A stretch of 64,000 bases of DNA from Botryllus schlosseri (Eukaryota), in the NCBI GenBank assembly GCA_051294905.1, contig CM119376.1:16492001-16556000 (forward strand). Reading direction: 5' to 3'. The position numbers and the translations under genes were made by a program. Below the pieces are notes generated by a model that was given only the letters and a program-made list of their open reading frames with translations, did no database searches and had not been told where the DNA came from. This document shows positions 57,650 to 64,000 of this stretch, piece by piece (position 1 is the first letter of the stretch; every line of letters starts with the position of its first letter).

Positions 57650-59534
57650 CGAGTGTCTATACATAAGTATCGTGGCTGGAAAGTACACTTGGTATCATAC
57701 CCGACTATGCGAGTGTCTGTACATAACTATTGTGGCTGGAAAGTACACTTGGTATGATACGCGACTATGCGAGTGTCTGTACATAACTATTGTGGCTGAA
57801 AAGTACACTTGGTATGATACGCGACTACGCGAGTGTCTGTACATAACTATTGTGGCTGAAAAGTACACTTGGTATGATACGCGACTATGCGAGTGTCTTC
57901 ACATAAGTATTGTGGCTGAAAAGTACACTTGGTATGATACGCGACTACGCGAGTGTCTTCACATAAGTATTGTGGCTGAAAAGTACACTTGGTATCATAC
58001 CCGACTATGCGAGTGTCTGTACATAACTATTGTGGCTGAAAAGTACACTTGGTATCATACCCGACTATGCGAGTGTCTGTACATAACTATTGTGGCTGAA
58101 AAGTACACTTGGTATCATACCCGACTATGCGAGTGTCTGTACATAACTATTGTGGCTGGAAAGTACACTTGGTATGATACGCGACTATGCGAGTGTCTTC
58201 ACATAAGTATTGTGGCTGAAAAGTACACTTGGTATCATGCCCTATTATTGGAGAGTACCTACATGAGTAGCCTTGGCCGCAAAGTACACTTGGTATGATA
58301 CGCGACTATGCGAGTGTCTTCACATAAGTATTGTGGCTGAAAAGTACACTTGGTATGATACGCGACTACGCGAGTGTCTTCACATAAGTATTGTGGCTGA
58401 AAAGTACACTTGGTATGATACGCGACTATGCGAGTGTCTGTACATAACTATTGTGGCTGAAAAGTACACTTGGTATCATACCCGACTATGCGAGTGTCTG
58501 TACATAACTATTGTGGCTGAAAAGTACACTTGGTATCATACCCGACTATGCGAGTGTCTGTACATAACTATTGTGGCTGGAAAGTACACTTGGTATGATA
58601 CGCGACTATGCGAGTGTCTTCACATAAGTATTGTGGCTGAAAAGTACACTTGGTATGATACGCGACTACGCGAGTGTCTTCACATAAGTATTGTGGCTGA
58701 AAAGTACACTTGGTATGATACGCGACTATGCGAGTGTCTGTACATAACTATTGTGGCTGAAAAGTACACTTGGTATCATGCCCTATTATTGGAGAGTACC
58801 TACATGAGTAGCCTTGGCCGCAAAGTACACTTGGTATGATACGCGACTACGCGAGTGTCTTCACATAAGTATTGTGGCTGAAAAGTACACTTGGTATGAT
58901 ACGCGACTATGCGAGTGTCTGTACATAACTATTGTGGCTGAAAAGTACACTTGGTATCATACCCGACTATGCGAGTGTCTGTACATAACTATTGTGGCTG
59001 AAAAGTACACTTGGTATCATACCCGACTATGCGAGTGTCTGTACATAACTATTGTGGCTGGAAAGTACACTTGGTATGATACGCGACTATGCGAGTGTCT
59101 TCACATAAGTATTGTGGCTGAAAAGTACACTTGGTATCATGCCCTATTATTGGAGAGTACCTACATGAGTAGCCTTGGCCGCAAAGTACACTTGGTATGA
59201 TACGCGACTATGCGAGTGTCTTCACATAAGTATTGTGGCTGAAAAGTACACTTGGTATGATACGCGACTATGCGAGTGTCTGTACATAACTATTGTGGCT
59301 GAAAAGTACACTTGGTATCATACCCGACTATGCGAGTGTCTGTACATAACTATTGTGGCTGAAAAGTACACTTGGTATGATACGCGACTATGCGAGTGTC
59401 TGTACATAACTATTGTGGCTGAAAAGTACACTTGGTATCATACCCGACTATGCGAGTGTCTGTACATAACTATTGTGGCTGGAAAGTACACTTGGTATGA
59501 TACGCGACTATGCGAGTGTCTTCACATAAGTGTA
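57650..59534 (+). repeat. 60-bp tandem satellite array, right arm (about 31 units), inverted relative to the left array
   Basis: Reverse complement of the same unit. 61-bp variant units occur near 58230, 58770 and 59130. Confidence 0.97.
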
Positions 59535-60136
59535 CATGAGTACTTTCTTACGTCGGGTCTTTTCTGGGCAACTGCGCGGGCATAGGCGTCATGCGTTTTA
59601 TTTTTTATATTTTCGATAAAAATGCGATACACAATACATAATGTGGTGAAGAGATTGGAGTAAGTCGCTTCCTTTCCCCTTTCTTTCGATTTCTTGTACA
59701 AGCCGTTCATCTGGTATGCGAGCGAGCGATGTAAAATGTAATCTTGCTCGTCACCGGCATGTGTATCTGTGAATTCAAGATATAATAATATGATAAGATA
59801 TAATATGGAACCTTGACAGGATTTATAGGGTCTAGTGGGGAGCATAGTCGGTAACTACGTGAAGCACTCTGAATTCCGACAGTTTCAGGTGCAGCACTGA
59901 AGTTTCAGGTGCAACACTGATCGGTGATGGTCATGGGGATCACTTTCTCGAGGTGGCCGTATTCTACACTTGACCCAATCATTGCTGCTCACCTGTTATA
60001 TTAGGCAAAACGTACCGAGATTCCAGTAGCGCTTATCGATATAGTCTTCTAAAATTGTCTCTTTTTAGCCCAGGCTTACAAAGAAATACTTAATGCTTGA
60101 TTAGACTGAAACTATGCATATGAAACGGAACTTATC

Positions 60137-61972
60137 ATGAGCAGATTCCGGCAGTCCTCGATTGCGGATAATGTTATCAACGAGAATTCGAATGTAGGTT
60201 TGTCTGAAAGGCCGCTAATACGTTCAAATTCCAGCTTCTATAGAAGTCGTACATTGGAGCATTTGTCGGAAGAAAAGAAAGCAAAGCGGGTTCACTTTTA
60301 CCGTAACGGTGATCGATTTCACCAAGGTGCCACTTATGCTATATCTGGAACAAGGTTTCGTACATTCGATGCACTTTTAACGGACTTGACGAGGACACTA
60401 TCAGACACAGCCAATCTTCCGTTTGGTGTTCGGTCTATATTTGCTATCAAAGATTGGCGGAAGGTTGATTGCCTTCGCGATATTGAACATGGAGAAAGCT
60501 ACGTTTGCTCATCTGGAGAGGGTTGCAAAAAAATGGATTATCTTCAAAACACCACCCCAAACTGGTCTAAAAATAGACAAGGTGGGTTGAAATCACAGTC
60601 ATTAACAAGGCTTACAAACACAAGACTTTCTTTTAGCGACAAGAATTATCGCTTGATGAGCGAGAGAAAGTCTTTCAAGGCTAACCGAGATTTTATTCGT
60701 CCCAAGTTAATTACTGTTATCAGAAATGGTGTTAAACCTCGCAAGGCAATTAGGATACTTTTAAACAAGAAAACAGCCCACAGTCTCGAACAAGTTGCCA
60801 GCGAAATCACAACAGCCATAAAACTAGACACTGGAGCGGTACGGAAAATATACACACTTGCCGGTAAGGAGGTGAAAGAGCTCCGTGACTTTTTCGGTCC
60901 TGAGGAAGTTTTCATCGCTTGCGGATACGAAAAGTTAACGTATGAAGATTTCGAGATCGACAGTTCTGAGAAAAGTTTATGCAAATCTTATGAGACCCCA
61001 AGGGCGCGTCGACGAAGTTTGAAAATCCGCCCCGAAAGTGATCGAGAAACCGGCAGGCTGGTTCTGTCCAACAAAGCGCAGTCCACCATGTCTTTGAACA
61101 CTGTCGAACCGCTTATCGCCGAACGAAATTATCCCCCAAAGTTACTTGAAGAGTTCAATGTGCTTTCGAATATTGGTGACGGACATTATGCTTCGGTAAA
61201 AGAATGCATGAACCGAGCCACTGGGAAGCGTTACGCTTTGAAAGTGGTGCTTGCAGAAGATTCGAGCGATTGCAGATTTGACAACGAGACTACTATCCTC
61301 AAACAAATGCGTCATCCCAATATTGTAAGACTAGTGAGGGATTTTATCTCAGACCGGGGGACTTATGTTGTGATGGAATTAGCAAATGGCGGCGATCTGT
61401 TTGATGTAATTTCAAGAGGAACCAAATTCTCTGAAGACGACGCTTGTGGCATGCTGCACAACATTGCCAGTGCCTTGCTGTACCTCCACAACCGTAACGT
61501 TGTTCATCGTGACGTCAAACCGGAGAATCTTTTAGTGTATCTCTACAAGGATGGTACCAAGGCCCTTAAACTAGGTGACTTTGGGTTAGCCACAGTGCTG
61601 GCCGACAAACCACTCTACACAATATGTGGCACACCTACGTATGTTGCTCCGGAAATTATTCTACAAAAGGGCTACGGCCTTGAAGTAGATATATGGGCGG
61701 CGGGTGTAATCACTTATATATTACTGTCTGGTTCACCTCCTTTCAGCTCATCAACTGATAATCAGGAAGAGCTGTTTGATATTATCATTTGTGGGAGGCT
61801 GGAATTTCCATCGCCGTCATGTGATTGTATTTCACAGTCTGCACGCAGTTTGATCCAGGGAATGTTGCAGCACAGTAGGACTTCCAGGTTGACTGCTTCG
61901 GAAGTTCTAAATCATAATTGGCTATCGGAAGGAAATGTCTTTAATTCAGTTCGGGAGAGTATTGAAATTTGA
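60137..61972 (+). CDS. DCLK: Doublecortin-like Ser/Thr kinase (two DCX domains plus kinase), single coding exon, 611 aa
   Basis: Uninterrupted ORF. DCX1 contains FYRNGDRFHQG..RFRTFDALL..NLPFGVR and DCX2 contains RPKLITVIRNGVKPRKAIRILLNKKTAHS. Kinase motifs are GDGHYA, ALK, HRDVKPEN, DFG and CGTPTYVAPE. Confidence 0.95.
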   Translation: MSRFRQSSIADNVINENSNVGLSERPLIRSNSSFYRSRTLEHLSEEKKAKRVHFYRNGDRFHQGATYAISGTRFRTFDALLTDLTRTLSDTANLPFGVRSIFAIKDWRKVDCLRDIEHGESYVCSSGEGCKKMDYLQNTTPNWSKNRQGGLKSQSLTRLTNTRLSFSDKNYRLMSERKSFKANRDFIRPKLITVIRNGVKPRKAIRILLNKKTAHSLEQVASEITTAIKLDTGAVRKIYTLAGKEVKELRDFFGPEEVFIACGYEKLTYEDFEIDSSEKSLCKSYETPRARRRSLKIRPESDRETGRLVLSNKAQSTMSLNTVEPLIAERNYPPKLLEEFNVLSNIGDGHYASVKECMNRATGKRYALKVVLAEDSSDCRFDNETTILKQMRHPNIVRLVRDFISDRGTYVVMELANGGDLFDVISRGTKFSEDDACGMLHNIASALLYLHNRNVVHRDVKPENLLVYLYKDGTKALKLGDFGLATVLADKPLYTICGTPTYVAPEIILQKGYGLEVDIWAAGVITYILLSGSPPFSSSTDNQEELFDIIICGRLEFPSPSCDCISQSARSLIQGMLQHSRTSRLTASEVLNHNWLSEGNVFNSVRESIEI

Positions 61973-62470
61973 TGAATGTGCATCTCATCCATGGCTCATG
62001 GAGCTCTGCGATACATTGCTAGCTTCGTGCTCTATGTCACTGCATGTTTACCTAAGCTACGCTGTTTTTCCAATCATACATAATCGCCATGGGTTGATTC
62101 ATGACACAACACTGTTCCTTTCACAATATTGTTATTCAAAGGTGAGGCGTCAAAATGAAACAGATATTGCGATAGATGAGTGCTGGCCATAATCATACGA
62201 TGTAACATTTGAATGATCAAACATTTATGCCCTTTTGCTTATTGGTCAATTTTATTGGACTGTACCATGTGGTTGCCAGTGTATGCATATTTTCTTTTAT
62301 TTGTCAGATTCTTTGCAGAAGCATAGTACCGCATTTTTTCACCCACAATGCAATGAAGCATCGGATTATTATTTACGGATACATGTGAGAACTGAAAACA
62401 GTATTACTGTTTTGTCATAAAAATATTCTTCATGTTTGTCTTAATTGGAATTTCGATCATACATGTGCAG

Positions 62471-63088
62471 TAGGGCGGTTCAAAAATAACCTTTTTTCCT
62501 TAATCTTGCGGGCTACGTGATTAAATCGTTAGGTTGCCTTAAAAAACGACGCATACCAAATTTGAATTCATTCCAACCAATATTCGCGGTTTACGTAGAG
62601 TTTGAAAATTTTGAATTTGCCCAGAAACGCAAAAAAAAAATTTTTCAAATTTTTCTGCCAACCCCATGAAATTGTTCGGCTGTCTTCAAAGACTATGCAA
62701 AACAAATTTTACTCAATTCCAAGCCGTAGAAGCGGAGTTATTCCAGTTTTTCGATGAAAATTATTGGATTATACACAGATCAAGGATAATCCCAGAATTA
62801 TTAAGGAAAAACTGATATAACTCCACTTCTACGGCTTGGAATTGAGTCAAATTTGTTTTGCATAGTTTTTGAAGACAGCCCAACATTTTCATGGGGTTGG
62901 CAGAAAAATGTGAAAAAAAAAAATTTTTGCGTTTCTGGGCAAATTCAAAATTTTCAAACTCTACGTAAACCGCGAATATTGGTTGGAATGAATTCAAATT
63001 TGGTGTGCGTCGTTTTTTAAGGCAACCTAACGATTTAATCACGTAGCCCGCAAGATTAAGGAAAAAAGGTTATTTTTGAACCGCCCTA
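62471..63088. mobile_element. Foldback-like MITE with about 280-bp TIRs
   Basis: Near-perfect inverted arms starting TAGGGCGGTTCAAAAATAACC around a spacer of about 50 bp; perfect TSD ATGTGCAG at 62463-62470 and 63089-63096. Confidence 0.93.
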
Positions 63089-64000
63089 ATGTGCAGTTGA
63101 GAGTATGGGAATTCTCAAATGATTAATACACTAACTTGGGTCATGAACCACTTTTTCACAACCTGGCTTATGCAATGGGGGGCCATGAAGATGAATGCAT
63201 GCATGCTTTGTGGACTCGTGTATTGCACTGTAACAGTATTATTTATGAATACATGTTGTCTCTTTTGTTCAGGTTTGGTCAATTTGGGATTCAAGTGTTA
63301 ACCTACGTATATTTAGAGGAAGAAGTTTTGTCGCACCTGCCATCAAGGTGGCATAGGAGCACTCTCACTTCAAAGTTATTCTTCAATGGGTTGCCTCTAC
63401 TTCAAATAGTATTCACTGACAGATGTTAACTGATCCATGCATTGACAGTTGAAACCTCTCCCATTCATTTCTAGCCTGGAAGAAACGCTGACGAAGTTAA
63501 ACCTAGATTCCTCATCTACCTTCAAGATTATTTTCCTACCTCTATAACAGAACTGTCGTACGACAAACAATAAAACAACTTACAGCCTACTTATAATTAG
63601 CAGGGTTGTGAAACAGCTGCTTGCATTGCAACCAACTTTGCTTCACGAAATTTATTCAGGAACAGACAAAATTGCACTAGAGTTGTTAATAATCCCTCTT
63701 GAAAGAATTAATTGAGTGACAGCTGTTATTAACAGCATCCTAGAATGCTCAACATTCAATCACCATATTCCCAGCAGCTTTTACGTTGACTTGGTGACTG
63801 CTCGAAGTACTCTTCAAGATAAATTGATGTTCACATTGCATCGCCTGTGGCTGCTGTAATAACACATACCGAAAATCGACAAATTCACACCATGAGTCAC
63901 CATACAGTCGTAAGTTTCTATTTTCAGTAGTAACGCTTTTCTGTCTATTACCAAATACTTCGACCGTCCGTATCAAAATAGAAAGGCTGTATTTGTCCAT

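Larger units (their letters stand above)
51664..59976. mobile_element. Giant Merlin (IS1595/IS1016-like) DNA transposon with satellite-extended inverted arms
   Basis: Perfect 8-bp TSD AATCATTG at 51656-51663 and 59977-59984. Termini are GGGTCAAGTGTAGAATACGGCC in inverted orientation. 51664-52118 mirrors 59522-59976 without indels (identical 107-aa ORFs in the track; coordinates sum to 111640). An internal DDE transposase is present. 8-9 bp TSDs and 5'-GG termini are established Merlin hallmarks. Confidence 0.93.

Noticed and set aside
52106-59534. CRISPR-like appearance of regularly spaced repeats
   Set aside because: The intervening sequences are near-identical rather than unique spacers, there are no cas genes, and the context is eukaryotic.
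63100-64000. Minus-strand ORF 63749..64000 and nearby exon-like stretches
   Set aside because: It may be the end of a gene extending beyond the window, but no family was recognised and the splice phases could not be reconciled.

Overview
Eukaryotic (animal) genomic DNA. The compact genes, many 56-75 bp introns and dense MITE/SINE content suggest a marine invertebrate, possibly an ascidian (inference only). Seven host genes were reconstructed by eye from splice signals and family motifs: CCSAP (+), poly(A) polymerase (-), TATDN3 (-), GOPC (-), GPR137 (+), CPLANE2/RSG1 (-) and an intronless DCLK (+). Repeats include a 5'-truncated but uninterrupted L2/CR1-type LINE, several LINE 3' fragments, tRNA-derived SINEs and many hAT-type MITEs with 8-bp target-site duplications (TSDs). 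The outstanding structure is an 8.3-kb Merlin (IS1595-like) DNA transposon at 51664-59976 with a perfect 8-bp TSD and an intact 5-exon DDE transposase. Each of its mirrored arms has about 440 bp of unique sequence plus 1.9-2.4 kb of a 60-bp satellite whose monomer repeats the motif found at the TIR tip. It also carries a second, diverged transposase remnant in the opposite orientation and unexplained cargo DNA, and it sits about 150 bp upstream of the DCLK start codon. All alignments and gene models are manual; no searches were run.
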